A stretch of DNA of 64,000 nucleotides from an uncultured Solirubrobacteraceae bacterium (GCA_964588985.1 CAZPQW010000002.1:128001-192000); one strand, 5' to 3'; counted from the stretch's first letter, positions 51,571 to 60,985 are shown. Numbers and translations are program-made. Notes: a model not told the origin generated them from the letters alone.

Positions 51571-51885
51571 ATGGTGATGTTCGAACAGTCGCGCCGCCTG
51601 TCCGAGCCGCTGCGCTGGGGCCGACGCGAGAAGACCGCGCTGGCCGTGGTGCTCAGCGCGCTGGCGATCTGCCTCGCGGCGCTCGGCGTCTACGCCGCCA
51701 CGACCGGCGCACCGGCCCGCGCGGACTGCGTGACCGTGACGTTCGCGAGCACGCTCGGCGGCGCCGAAATGCACGCGTGCGGCTCCAAAGCGAAGCTCCT
51801 GTGCGCCTCCGGCGCGCACCGCCCGATCGCGCCGCAGCTGAGCGTGGCCTGCCGCAAAGCGGGCTTCCCGTTCGGCGCCGGCTAG
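51571..51885 (+). CDS. Hypothetical membrane-anchored Cys-containing protein
   Basis: One TM segment followed by four Cys. Confidence 0.55.
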   Translation: MVMFEQSRRLSEPLRWGRREKTALAVVLSALAICLAALGVYAATTGAPARADCVTVTFASTLGGAEMHACGSKAKLLCASGAHRPIAPQLSVACRKAGFPFGAG

Positions 51886-51931
51886 CGGCCTTCCGCCATC
51901 CGGAAGGACTCCGGAGAGCGTTGTCGACGGC

Positions 51932-51951
51932 GTCTAGACAAATGTCTAAAC
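51932..51951. promoter_or_regulatory. Palindromic operator upstream of amt
   Basis: GTCTAGACA-AA-TGTCTAAAC; the core TAGACA/TGTCTA is perfect. Confidence 0.5.
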
Positions 51952-52092
51952 GCCCCGGCCAAGTGTTAGCCACGGTGGCCCTACCCGCGTTCGACGATGC
52001 CGGATTTCATACCGGGACTGTCATTGGCGCACGGTGTCCGCTCGGGTTGGGGCGCCGTACGCCACATCTACAACGGTAGGAAATGGAGGCCC

Positions 52093-53496
52093 ATGTCCTG
52101 GCTGGCATATCCAAGTTGGCTTAACGCAGGTGATAACGCGTGGCAGATGACCGCCGCGACCTTCGTCGGGCTGATGAGCCTGCCGGGCCTGGCGGTCCTG
52201 TACGGCGGCGTCATGCAGAAGCGCTGGTCGGTCAACAGCATGATGCTCACGTTTGTCGCATTCTCCCTCGTCCTCGTGGCGTGGGTGCTGTGGGCGTTCA
52301 AGATGGGCTTCGGCACCCCGATCGGAAGCGGCCACGGCTTCTTCGCGTCGATGTGGGGCAAGTCGGGGACCGTCCTGTCGGCCGGAGCCGAGGAGGGACA
52401 GGCGATCATTCCGTCGATCACGGAAGGCCCGCCGTTCCACTTCCCGATGGCCTCGCTCGTGTACTTCCAGTTCGTGTTCGCGGGCATCACTCCGATCCTG
52501 ATGCTGGGGTCGGTGCTCGGGCGGATCAGCTTCAAGGCGTGGATCCCGTTCGTGCTGCTGTGGATCACGTTCGTGTACACGGTCAACGCGTTCCTGATCT
52601 GGGGCGGTGGCTACTTCGCCTTCCACGGCGCGCTGGACTACTCCGGTGGTTACGTCATCCACCTCGCGGCCGGCATCTCCGGCTTCGTGGCGGCGGCGGT
52701 GATCGGACCGAGATTGCAACGCGATCGTGAGATCGACGCTCCGAACAACCTGCTGATGGTTGCCTGCGGCGCCGGTCTGCTGTGGCTGGGTTGGAACGGC
52801 TTCAACGGTGGAGACTCCTACTACGCCGGCGCGAACGCGTCCGCGGCGGTCCTCAACACGAACGTCTGCACCGCTGTGGCGATGCTCGTGTGGATCGGGT
52901 GGGACTACGCCTTCCGCGACAAGCCGTCGCTGATCGGCTCCGTCAACGGCATGATCACGGGGCTGGTTGCGATCACGCCTTCGGCCGGCTTCATCACCGG
53001 CTGGGGGGCGATCTTCGTGGGCATAATCGCCTCGACGATCGTGTGGTTCGCGATTCGGTTCCTCAGCCGAGCGCCGGTGTTCCGAAACGTGGACGACACG
53101 CTCGGGGTGATCTACACCCACGGGATCGCGGGTCTGACCGGTGGTCTGCTGGTCGGGGTGTTCGCCAACCCGAAGGTGGTCGAGTACATCGGCTCGGGCG
53201 GCGGCGCATCCGACCTGCCCGGCAAAGCCGGAATCATCCACGGCAGCTGGACGCTGCTGCGCTGGCAGGCCGAGGCCGGCGCATGGGTGATCGTGTTCAG
53301 CGGCGTGATGACGTTCATCCTGCTGAAGCTCGTGGGTATCTTCGTGCCCCTGCGTCTCTCCGACGAGGAGCTCGAGATCGGCGACCACGCGATCCACGGC
53401 AACGAGGTGTACCCGTCGGACGTGCCGACACTCGGCGGTCCCCACGCAGCCGCGTGGCAGCCGGGCTCCGCGGTTCCCGCGGGGGCTGGCGCGTAA
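52093..53496 (+). CDS. amt: Ammonium transporter
   Basis: FQFVFA, DYSGGYVIH, WLGWNGFNGG and DDTLGVIYTHG; GGAGG RBS. Confidence 0.96.
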   Translation: MSWLAYPSWLNAGDNAWQMTAATFVGLMSLPGLAVLYGGVMQKRWSVNSMMLTFVAFSLVLVAWVLWAFKMGFGTPIGSGHGFFASMWGKSGTVLSAGAEEGQAIIPSITEGPPFHFPMASLVYFQFVFAGITPILMLGSVLGRISFKAWIPFVLLWITFVYTVNAFLIWGGGYFAFHGALDYSGGYVIHLAAGISGFVAAAVIGPRLQRDREIDAPNNLLMVACGAGLLWLGWNGFNGGDSYYAGANASAAVLNTNVCTAVAMLVWIGWDYAFRDKPSLIGSVNGMITGLVAITPSAGFITGWGAIFVGIIASTIVWFAIRFLSRAPVFRNVDDTLGVIYTHGIAGLTGGLLVGVFANPKVVEYIGSGGGASDLPGKAGIIHGSWTLLRWQAEAGAWVIVFSGVMTFILLKLVGIFVPLRLSDEELEIGDHAIHGNEVYPSDVPTLGGPHAAAWQPGSAVPAGAGA

Positions 53497-53566
53497 GGCA
53501 GGGAAGCCTGCTCTCGACCCGGGCGCGTCCTCCCCACGGACGCGCCCGGCATCGGAGCGAGGGACG

Positions 53567-53601
53567 ACAGCGGCTCCGCCTCGGCGGGGCCGCTGTTCTT
53601 T
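53567..53601 (+). terminator. Intrinsic terminator after amt
   Basis: ACAGCGGCTCCGCC/GGCGGGGCCGCTGT followed by TCTTT. Confidence 0.75.
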
Positions 53602-53670
53602 AACGGGCAGGGACTGGCAGGGGCGTCGCGGATCGACCGTGCTGGTTGGTCGACCGCGCGGGGCGGCCGC

Positions 53671-54330
53671 TCAGCTGACGATGCCGACCGGGCAGGACAC
53701 GCCGGTGCCGCCGAGGCCGCAGTAGCCGCCGGGGTTCTTGGCGAGGTACTGCTGGTGGTAGTCCTCGGCGTAGTAGAACGGGTGGCTCGCGTCGGTCTCG
53801 GCCAGTTCGGTGGTGATCGTGCCGTGGCCGGCCGCGGAGAGCATCTGCTGGTAGGCGCGAAGCGACGCCTCGGCGGCGGTGCGCTGGGCCTCGCCATGCC
53901 ACATCAGCAGCGAGCGGTACTGCGTGCCCTGGTCGTTGCCCTGGCGCATGCCCTGGGTCGGGTCGTGGCCCTCCCAGAAGATCCGCAGCATCTCCGCGTA
54001 GCTAGTGCGCGCGGTGTCGAACGCGACGAGCACCACCTCGGCGTGCCCGGTGTGCCCGCCGCACGTCTCCTCGTAGGTGGGGTTGGGGGTGACGCCGCCC
54101 GCGTAGCCGACCGCGGTGGTGTACACGCCGTCGGCTTCCCAGAACAGCCGCTCGGCGCCCCAGAAGCAGCCCATGCCGAAGATCGCCGTGTCGACGCCCT
54201 CGGGGAACGGCGGGGTGAGCGGGGTGCCGAGCACCGCATGGCGCTCGGGCACGCGCATCGCCTCGGTGCGCCCGGGCAGGGCGGCGGTGGGGTCCACCAT
54301 CGCTGTGTGGTCGCGGCCGAAGAAGCGCAT
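53671..54330 (-). CDS. msrA: Methionine-S-sulfoxide reductase
   Basis: [20 protein letters not shown] and GYC. Confidence 0.97.
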   Translation of the reverse strand: MRFFGRDHTAMVDPTAALPGRTEAMRVPERHAVLGTPLTPPFPEGVDTAIFGMGCFWGAERLFWEADGVYTTAVGYAGGVTPNPTYEETCGGHTGHAEVVLVAFDTARTSYAEMLRIFWEGHDPTQGMRQGNDQGTQYRSLLMWHGEAQRTAAEASLRAYQQMLSAAGHGTITTELAETDASHPFYYAEDYHQQYLAKNPGGYCGLGGTGVSCPVGIVS

Positions 54331-54340
54331 GCCACTGAGG

Positions 54341-55510
54341 CTAGCGCGCGTAGACGGTGAAGAAGTCGCGATCGTCAGGTTCGAGGTACCTGCTGGAGGA
54401 GCGGTTCATGCTTGGCAGCAGGTTCGCGGGGTGTTCGGCGCCGGGGGCGCCGTAGGTGATGAAGCTGACCCAGAAGGAGTTGATGTCGAGCTCCATCGCG
54501 CGTACCGCGCCGGCGCGGACGAGGGTCTTGGCGAGGCTCTGGACGGTCTGGTTTTCCCCGGCGGCGTAAATCAGGTTGCCGCGCTTGTCCACTCCCACTC
54601 CGGAGCGCCACACGAGGATCGCGTTGCCCACCGTCGCACCCCATTCGGCGGTGTTCGAGACGTTGGCGGTCGTCTTGCCGTCGTTGACGATCAGCGGCAG
54701 GTTCTGGCGGGCGAAGGACACGTTCGCGGGCGCGGTCGCGCCTGCGCTCCAGTCGACCACGTCGACGTTGCCGTTGGCGTAGCCGACGAGTGTGCCCTGC
54801 CCGTCGCGCATCGGCGCGTAGGTGTGGCCGCGCAGCACGAACCCGCCGTGGGAGTCGCTCAGCTTGAAGCCGCTGTTGAAGCTCGCGAGCAGATGCGGGC
54901 GTTTGCCCACGGGGATGTCCATCGTCCCGCGCGGGAGCGACACCGACGGCTCGAGGCGCCCGGCGTGCAGCGCGAGGCGCGTGCGCTTGGTGTCGATCCA
55001 CGCGACTCCCGCGACCACGCGCGGGTATTCCGGCTGGTCGCGCAGCGTCGTGACGAGCACCGGCGGGTGGGCTTCGAGGCTCGGCCGGGTCGCGTGCCAG
55101 ACGCCCTCGCCCGCCAGGGCTGGGTGCAGCATCGCGTGCACGCGCGCGGGCCGATATTCGCTCGACACGGTGCTCACGGCGCCCGCGACGCCCGCCTGCG
55201 GCAGCGCACGCAGGGTTGGTCCGCCCTTGCTCGGGGCGGTGAGTGCGTAGTAGGTCGACTCGATCTGCGCCACCAGTCCGGCGGCGCCGTGGTCGCGCAG
55301 CCACTCGACGCTGCGAATCCCGAAAGGCGAGTTCGACTGCTGGCTGAGCGCGCTGACGAACGAGAACGCGGCGGGAATCAGCGCGATCGTCGCGGCCACG
55401 AGCGCGATGCGGCGTATGCGACCGAGCAGGCCGATGTCCGGACGCGCCCGCGACGTGGGAAGATGGGGGGAGGTTTGGAGATTGGGCGTAAGCGCGCCGC
55501 CGAGGTCCAT
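54341..55510 (-). CDS. Membrane-anchored phosphodiester glycosidase (NAGPA/DUF2233-like) protein
   Basis: N-terminal TM; FNSGF, WRSGVG and [11 protein letters not shown]. Confidence 0.7.
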   Translation of the reverse strand: MDLGGALTPNLQTSPHLPTSRARPDIGLLGRIRRIALVAATIALIPAAFSFVSALSQQSNSPFGIRSVEWLRDHGAAGLVAQIESTYYALTAPSKGGPTLRALPQAGVAGAVSTVSSEYRPARVHAMLHPALAGEGVWHATRPSLEAHPPVLVTTLRDQPEYPRVVAGVAWIDTKRTRLALHAGRLEPSVSLPRGTMDIPVGKRPHLLASFNSGFKLSDSHGGFVLRGHTYAPMRDGQGTLVGYANGNVDVVDWSAGATAPANVSFARQNLPLIVNDGKTTANVSNTAEWGATVGNAILVWRSGVGVDKRGNLIYAAGENQTVQSLAKTLVRAGAVRAMELDINSFWVSFITYGAPGAEHPANLLPSMNRSSSRYLEPDDRDFFTVYAR

Positions 55511-55751
55511 GCGCAGACTGTACGAGCAGGATCGTCGCGCTCCGCCCGGGATTGCGCGATTAAGCGGATTCTAACTAAGAACAATCTCACCGCCAAACGT
55601 CATCCAACTGCAGTGATAGACACATCGGTGTGGAATCCTTGCCGCGGGTGGGTGGCGGGCTTCCTTTGACCATCGAGCGACGCAACCGGAGGTTTCGAAA
55701 ATTAACCCACTCGAGGCAGTCACCGAGGAGCGAGACATCCCGCTGCGGGTC

Positions 55752-56675
55752 GTGAAGGACGAGAGCGCGCTCCATGCGCTGCCCGCTCCGGTTCAACTGC
55801 GCCCGGCAAGCAGGCCGTCCGCGCGGGTGCTGCTTCGCGCGTGCAGGCCGCGCCAGTGGGCGAAGAACCTGCTCGTGCTCGCTGCGCCGTGCGCGGCGGG
55901 CGTGATCGACAGGCCGCTGGTTGCGGCGCAGGTGGCGGGAGCGTTCGTCGTCCTGTGCCTGATCTCGAGCGCGACGTATCTCGTCAACGACGTGCGCGAC
56001 CGCGAGCAGGACGTTCTCCATCCACGCAAGCGCCTGCGACCGATCGCCGCGGGGGAGCTTCAGCCGTCGACCGCCCTGCGGATCGCGGGCGTGCTCGCGT
56101 TCCTCGGCATCGCGCTCGCGACCGCGATCGCCCCCGGTCTGGGCGCCGTGGCGGTCGCTTATCTGGCGCTGACCGCGAGCTACTCGCTGTGGCTGCGTCG
56201 GGTGGCGGTGGCGGACGTGCTGGTGATCGCGGCTGGCTTCGTGCTGCGCGCGCTCGCGGGCGGGATCGCGACCGACATCTATCTGTCGCGCTACTTCGTC
56301 ATCGTCACCGCATGCTGCGCGATCTTCCTGGTGGCGGCGAAGCGCTACGCGGAGTTGCGCGAGCAGAACGGATCGACGCCGGCGCGCGCGTCGCTGCGGC
56401 GCTACTCGCTCGGCCACCTGCGTCTCACGCTCGCGGTGTCGGCGAGCCTCGCGGGCGTCGCGTACACGGGCTGGGCGTTCACGCGCCCGAGCCACGTCGT
56501 CTGGTACGGCCTGTCGATCGCGCCGTTCCTCTTGTGGCTGGGCCGCTACGCGAACCTGATCGGTGCCGGCGCCGGGCAGGCTCCGGAGGAGCTGATCCTG
56601 CGCGACAGGACGCTGCTGGCGCTGAGCTTGGCGTGGGGCGTGCTGTTCGTCGGCGGCGTGTATGTCGGTCGCTGA
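55752..56675 (+). CDS. Decaprenyl-phosphate phosphoribosyltransferase (UbiA family, Rv3806c type)
   Basis: RPRQWAKN, YLVND..D...D..HP.KR.RPIAAG and KRYAE. The start may lie further upstream. Confidence 0.92.
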   Translation: MKDESALHALPAPVQLRPASRPSARVLLRACRPRQWAKNLLVLAAPCAAGVIDRPLVAAQVAGAFVVLCLISSATYLVNDVRDREQDVLHPRKRLRPIAAGELQPSTALRIAGVLAFLGIALATAIAPGLGAVAVAYLALTASYSLWLRRVAVADVLVIAAGFVLRALAGGIATDIYLSRYFVIVTACCAIFLVAAKRYAELREQNGSTPARASLRRYSLGHLRLTLAVSASLAGVAYTGWAFTRPSHVVWYGLSIAPFLLWLGRYANLIGAGAGQAPEELILRDRTLLALSLAWGVLFVGGVYVGR

Positions 56676-58095
56676 GGCGACGCGCGGGCGGGCTCGCGCG
56701 GTGAGCGGCGAGCGGTCGCTGTGCGGGTGGGGCAGGACGCGACCCGGCCGCTGTCAGATCGTGCGCCCACGCGGGGCCGAGGAGGTGCTGGAGGCTTTTG
56801 ACGCGTCCGCTCGTGGTGGCGGCGGGGTGATCGCGCGCGGCGCGGGGCGCAGCTATGGCGACGCGGCCCAGAACGACGGCGGCGAGGTGCTCGACATGAC
56901 CGGCCTCGACCGGATCCTCTCGATCGACCCCGCGAGCGGTCTCGTGAGGGCGCAGGCGGGCGCGACGATCGCCCAGCTGATGGCGCGCCTGGCGGCCCAC
57001 GGGCTGACGGTGCCGGTGGTGCCGGGGACGCGGCACGTGACGCTCGCGGGCGCGATCGCGAGCGACATCCACGGCAAGAACCACCACCGCGACGGGGCCT
57101 TCGCGAGGCACGTGACGTCGATCTCGCTGTGCACCCCGGCGCACGGCCTCGTGGAGGTCACGCCCGAAAGCGACCCCGGGCTGTTCTACGCGACGCTCGG
57201 CGGGATGGGACTGACGGGCGTGGTGCTCGAGGCGACGCTTCACGCGGAGCCGCTGGCCTCGCCGTGGGTGGCGGAGGACGCGGATCGCACCGACGGCCTC
57301 GACGAGACGCTCGCGCTGTTGAGCGCGGGAGAGGAGCGCCACCGCTACTCGGTCGCGTGGCTCGACCTGCTCGCGGAGGGCTCGAAGATGGGACGCGCGA
57401 TCGTCAGCCGCGCCGACGCGCTGCCGGCCGAGCAGCTGAAGCTCCCCTCGCGCGGGCGCGGCGCCGCACGCCACGCCTACCCGGGCGTCCTGTCGCAGCC
57501 CCCCGCAGTCGACGTGCCGCGGGCGTTCCCCGGGGCGCTCCTCCATCCGGCCGCCATACGCGCGTTCAACGCACTGCGCTGGCGTGCGGCGCCGCGACGG
57601 GAGCGCAGCCGTCCGCTGGCGCTCGTGCCGTACTTCTTTCCGCTGGACGTGCTGGGCGAGTGGAACCGGCTGTACGGCAGTGGAGGGCTGATCCAGTACC
57701 AGTTCGTGATCCCCATGGGCGCCGAGGCGACGCTCGTGCGCTGCTTCGAGCTGATGCGCGCCCGCCGGCTGCCGGTGTACCTCGCGGTGTTCAAGCGCTT
57801 CGGCGCGCAGTTCGGCGGTCCGCTGTCGTTCCCGCTCGAGGGCTGGACGCTCGCGGTGGACCTGCCGGCGACGGCCCCCGGCCTGGACGTTGCGCTGCAG
57901 GCGCTGGACGAGCTGGTCGCGGGGTGCGGCGGGCGGGTGTATCTCACGAAGGACGCGCGCATGCGCGCGGATACGCTGCGTGCCATGTATCCGCTGCTGG
58001 AGCGATTCGAGGCCGAGCGCGAGCGCGTGGACCCCGACGGGGTGCTCCGCTCCGATCTGGCCGTGAGGCTGGGGCTGTGCGGGGAGGCTCGATGA
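56662..58095 (+). CDS. dprE1: Decaprenylphosphoryl-beta-D-ribose oxidase
   Basis: ARGAGRSYGDAAQN, DIHGKNHH, WNRLYG..G.IQYQ and GGRVYLTKD. Confidence 0.9.
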   Translation: MSVAEATRGRARAVSGERSLCGWGRTRPGRCQIVRPRGAEEVLEAFDASARGGGGVIARGAGRSYGDAAQNDGGEVLDMTGLDRILSIDPASGLVRAQAGATIAQLMARLAAHGLTVPVVPGTRHVTLAGAIASDIHGKNHHRDGAFARHVTSISLCTPAHGLVEVTPESDPGLFYATLGGMGLTGVVLEATLHAEPLASPWVAEDADRTDGLDETLALLSAGEERHRYSVAWLDLLAEGSKMGRAIVSRADALPAEQLKLPSRGRGAARHAYPGVLSQPPAVDVPRAFPGALLHPAAIRAFNALRWRAAPRRERSRPLALVPYFFPLDVLGEWNRLYGSGGLIQYQFVIPMGAEATLVRCFELMRARRLPVYLAVFKRFGAQFGGPLSFPLEGWTLAVDLPATAPGLDVALQALDELVAGCGGRVYLTKDARMRADTLRAMYPLLERFEAERERVDPDGVLRSDLAVRLGLCGEAR

Positions 58096-58856
58096 GCTCG
58101 GCGAACACGGGATCCGCCGGCAGGAGGGTGCTGGTGCTCGGCGGCACCTCGGAGATCGCGCTCGCGATCGTCTCGGCGTTGCAGGCGCAGGAGCCGCGCG
58201 AGGTCGCGCTGCTCGGCCGCGACGGCGCGGCGCTGGGTCTCGCTGCGGAGAGGCTGCGCGAAGCCGGAGGTCCCGGGGTGAGCACGTTCGAGTGCGACGC
58301 GCTCGACACCGACCGACATCAGGCGGTGGTGGCGCAGGCGTTCGACGAGCTCGGTGGCGTCGACATCGCGATCGTCGCGGTGGGCGAGCTCGGCGAGCGC
58401 GCGGGCCTGCCGAGCGACGTGGACGCGGCGGTGCGGAGCATGCGCGTGAACATGGTGGGGGCCGGGTCGCTGCTGCTGCACACAGCGCGACGGATGCGCG
58501 AGGGAGCGGGGGGGACGATCGTGGTGCTCTCGTCGGTCGCCGCGGAGCGCCCGCGTCGCGCGAACTCCGTCTACGGCGCGTCGAAGGCGGGGCTCGACTC
58601 GCTCGCGCAGGCCGTGGGGGACGAGCTGCACGGCAAGGTGCGCCTGCTGGTGGTGCGCCCGGGCTTCGTGCGCACGCGCATGACACACGGTCTCGAGGAG
58701 GCGCCGTTCGCGTGCACGCCCGATGTGGTCGCGAGCGCTGTGATGAAGGGGCTCGACGGTCGCGCGCACACCGTCTGGGCGCCCTCCACGCTGCGTTGGG
58801 TGATGCTCGTCATGAGGCTGATCCCACGGCCGATCTTCCGGAGGATCGAGCGGTGA
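58092..58856 (+). CDS. dprE2: Decaprenylphosphoryl-2-keto-ribose reductase (SDR)
   Basis: LGGTSEI, SSVAAER.RRAN.VYGASK and RPGFVRT.MT; coupled to dprE1. Confidence 0.88.
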   Translation: MSSANTGSAGRRVLVLGGTSEIALAIVSALQAQEPREVALLGRDGAALGLAAERLREAGGPGVSTFECDALDTDRHQAVVAQAFDELGGVDIAIVAVGELGERAGLPSDVDAAVRSMRVNMVGAGSLLLHTARRMREGAGGTIVVLSSVAAERPRRANSVYGASKAGLDSLAQAVGDELHGKVRLLVVRPGFVRTRMTHGLEEAPFACTPDVVASAVMKGLDGRAHTVWAPSTLRWVMLVMRLIPRPIFRRIER

Positions 58857-59155
58857 GCGCGGCGCGCTCCTCCGGTGAGCTGCCGCGGCGGCGCGAACGC
58901 GTGCCGGGACCGCCCGCCGACATCGAACGCCTGCGCGCACGGCGGCGCGATGCGCTGCGCCGGCGCCGGAAGGCGCGAGTCGATCTCGGGCTCGGGGTGC
59001 TGGGCGCGATCGTGCTGTGGATCGTGGCCGCGGGACTTGCGATCGCGGCGCTGATCGCGGGGATCGTGCTCGTGGCGTGCGCGGTGTCGTTCGTGGTCGG
59101 GCGCCGCCGGCGGCGACGCGCGGAGCCCGAGCGGGCGCGTAGCTCCAAGCTCTAG
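58853..59155 (+). CDS. Hypothetical two-TM, Arg-rich protein
   Basis: GTG overlaps the dprE2 stop; hydrophobic hairpin. Confidence 0.6.
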   Translation: MSAARSSGELPRRRERVPGPPADIERLRARRRDALRRRRKARVDLGLGVLGAIVLWIVAAGLAIAALIAGIVLVACAVSFVVGRRRRRRAEPERARSSKL

Positions 59156-59610
59156 CGCGGCTCGAGCACGAACACTCCGATGTCGCGCGAGGTGCGCTCG
59201 TCGTAGTCCTCGAAGCCCGCGTACTGCTCGTTCATCTTCCCCCACAGCTCCGTGCGCTCCTCGCCCTCCGTCAGGCGCGCGCGAACGTCGCGGCGCTCGC
59301 CGCGGATCTGCACCTCGCAGTCCGGGTTCGCCTTGATGTTGTGAGACCACGCGGGCGCTTTGGTGTTGCCGGCGTTCGAGCCGATCACCACCACGCGCTC
59401 GCCGTCGGCGAGGAACAGCACCGGCGCGGTGCGCGGCTGGCCGCTGCGCCGCCCGATCGAGGTGAGCAGCAGCACCGGCGCCTGCCCGACCTTGCCCATC
59501 ACGCGGCCGCGCGTGAGACGGTAGATCGGCACGTTGAGCTTGCCGAGCGCGCGCAGCATGCCGGCGGGCATCGACATCGACAGGCGCGAGTAGGCGTGGT
59601 CGCTTGGCAT
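59152..59610 (-). CDS. F420H2-dependent (Ddn-like) oxidoreductase
   Basis: LLLTSIGRRSGQPR, SNAG....PAW..N and Y...TSRDI. Confidence 0.9.
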   Translation of the reverse strand: MPSDHAYSRLSMSMPAGMLRALGKLNVPIYRLTRGRVMGKVGQAPVLLLTSIGRRSGQPRTAPVLFLADGERVVVIGSNAGNTKAPAWSHNIKANPDCEVQIRGERRDVRARLTEGEERTELWGKMNEQYAGFEDYDERTSRDIGVFVLEPR

Positions 59611-59671
59611 GAGGCGAGTATGAGCCTAACTCAGTGCGATGGCGCGGTGTGACGAATGTAGAGTGCGTTCC

Positions 59672-60583
59672 ATGGACGTCCGCTACGAGGTGCGCGACCG
59701 GATCGCGCGGCTCACGCTCAACCGTCCCGAGCGCGGCAACGGGATCACGCGCCGCCTGGTGGACGAGCTGGCCGCGTGCGTCGAGCGCGCCGACCTCGAC
59801 CCGGCGGTGCACGTGCTGCTCCTCAGCGGCGAGGGGCCGGGCTTCTGCGGCGGCTATGACCTCGTGGACAGCGCCGAGGGCATGGGGGCTGAGGAGGAGG
59901 CCATTGGTGGGGAGGCCGCTCCGAGCGGATCGCCGCTCGACCCGGCGGTGATGGCGGCCAACCACGACCCGCGCGGGACGTGGGACCCGATGGTGGACTA
60001 CGCGATGATGAGCCGCAACGTCCGCGGCTTCATGAGCCTGTTCCACTGCGGCAAGCCGGTCGTTTGCATGGTGCACGGCTTCTGCGTCGCGGGCGGCACC
60101 GACATGGCGCTCTGCTCGGACCTGCTGGTGATCGCGGAGGACGCCAAGATCGGCTACCCGCCGGCGCGGGTTTGGGGCTCACCGACGACCGCGCTGTGGG
60201 CGCACCGCGTGGGCGCCCAGCGCGCCAAGCGGCTGCTGTTCACCGGCGACTCGCTGTCGGGTGCGGAGGCCGTCGAGTGGGGCCTCGCGATCGAGGCACC
60301 GCCCGCGGAGCTGCTGCGGGAGCGCACCGAGGTGCTGATCGAGCGGATCGCGCGGATGCCGATCAACCAGCTGATGCTGATGAAGCTGCTCGTCAACCAG
60401 TCCCTCTACGCGCAGGGCCTGCACTCCACGCAGGTGCTCGGCACCGTCTTCGACGGGATCACGCGCCACACCGCCGAGGGCTACGCCTTCCAGCAGCGCG
60501 CCGCCGAGGCCGGGTTCCGCGAGGCGGTCCGCGAGCGCGACGAGCCGTTCGGCGACGCCGGACGCTCGACGTTCAAGGGGTAG
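59672..60583 (+). CDS. Enoyl-CoA hydratase/crotonase family protein
   Basis: LNRPERGN, FCGGYDL and KPVVCMVHGFCVAGG. Confidence 0.92.
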   Translation: MDVRYEVRDRIARLTLNRPERGNGITRRLVDELAACVERADLDPAVHVLLLSGEGPGFCGGYDLVDSAEGMGAEEEAIGGEAAPSGSPLDPAVMAANHDPRGTWDPMVDYAMMSRNVRGFMSLFHCGKPVVCMVHGFCVAGGTDMALCSDLLVIAEDAKIGYPPARVWGSPTTALWAHRVGAQRAKRLLFTGDSLSGAEAVEWGLAIEAPPAELLRERTEVLIERIARMPINQLMLMKLLVNQSLYAQGLHSTQVLGTVFDGITRHTAEGYAFQQRAAEAGFREAVRERDEPFGDAGRSTFKG

Positions 60584-60594
60584 GGACGGGGCGC

Positions 60595-60624
60595 TGGACG
60601 CTCGTGGGCGACGGAGGCTAGAAT
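60595..60624 (+). promoter_or_regulatory. Housekeeping promoter of tRNA-Gly
   Basis: TGGACG-N18-TAGAAT. Confidence 0.65.
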
Positions 60625-60635
60625 GGCCGCAGTAC

Positions 60636-60709
60636 GCGGATGTAGCTCAGCTGGCTAGAGCGTCGCCTTGCCATGGCGAAGGTCGAGGGTTCGAATCCCT
60701 TCATCCGCT
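60636..60709 (+). tRNA. tRNA-Gly(GCC)
   Basis: Acceptor stem GCGGATG/CATCCGC, anticodon arm TCGCC-TTGCCAT-GGCGA and GGTTCGAATCC. Confidence 0.96.
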
Positions 60710-60713
60710 TCAG

Positions 60714-60748
60714 ACAAAGCCCTCGGATTTCCGGGGGCTTTGTTGTTT
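60714..60748 (+). terminator. Terminator after tRNA-Gly
   Basis: ACAAAGCCCTCGG-ATTT-CCGGGGGCTTTGT followed by TGTTT. Confidence 0.8.
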
Positions 60749-60778
60749 CTGAGGCGGGGTGAGGTGGAGGCGTTTGGT

Positions 60779-60809
60779 CCGTGGGTAGCAGCCGTGGGTA
60801 GCAGCCGTG
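60779..60809. repeat. 13-bp tandem repeat (two full copies plus a partial)
   Basis: CCGTGGGTAGCAG twice, then CCGTG. Confidence 0.85.
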
Positions 60810-60889
60810 AGCGTGAATCGCTGAATCTCGATTCGCTGTGATCCGGTCCTACGGGTGCGTGGACGCCCGAGATAGGGCCGCGCCCGTCT

Positions 60890-60985
60890 CTAATCCCGAG
60901 CGGCTTCGGCGCGGGCGAAGATGTTCGCCAGGGGCGTGTCGAGTGCCTCGGCGATCCTGACGATGTTCGTGAGGGAGACGTTGGG
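60890..60985 (-). pseudogene. C-terminal remnant of an XRE/Cro HTH regulator
   Basis: Translates as PNVSLTNIVRIAEALDTPLANIFARAEAARD*; an in-frame TGA lies two codons upstream. Confidence 0.7.

Noticed and set aside
60779-60809. CRISPR array (prompted by the nearby Cas2-like ORF)
   Set aside because: The 13-bp units are directly adjacent with no spacers, and no cas1 or effector genes are present.
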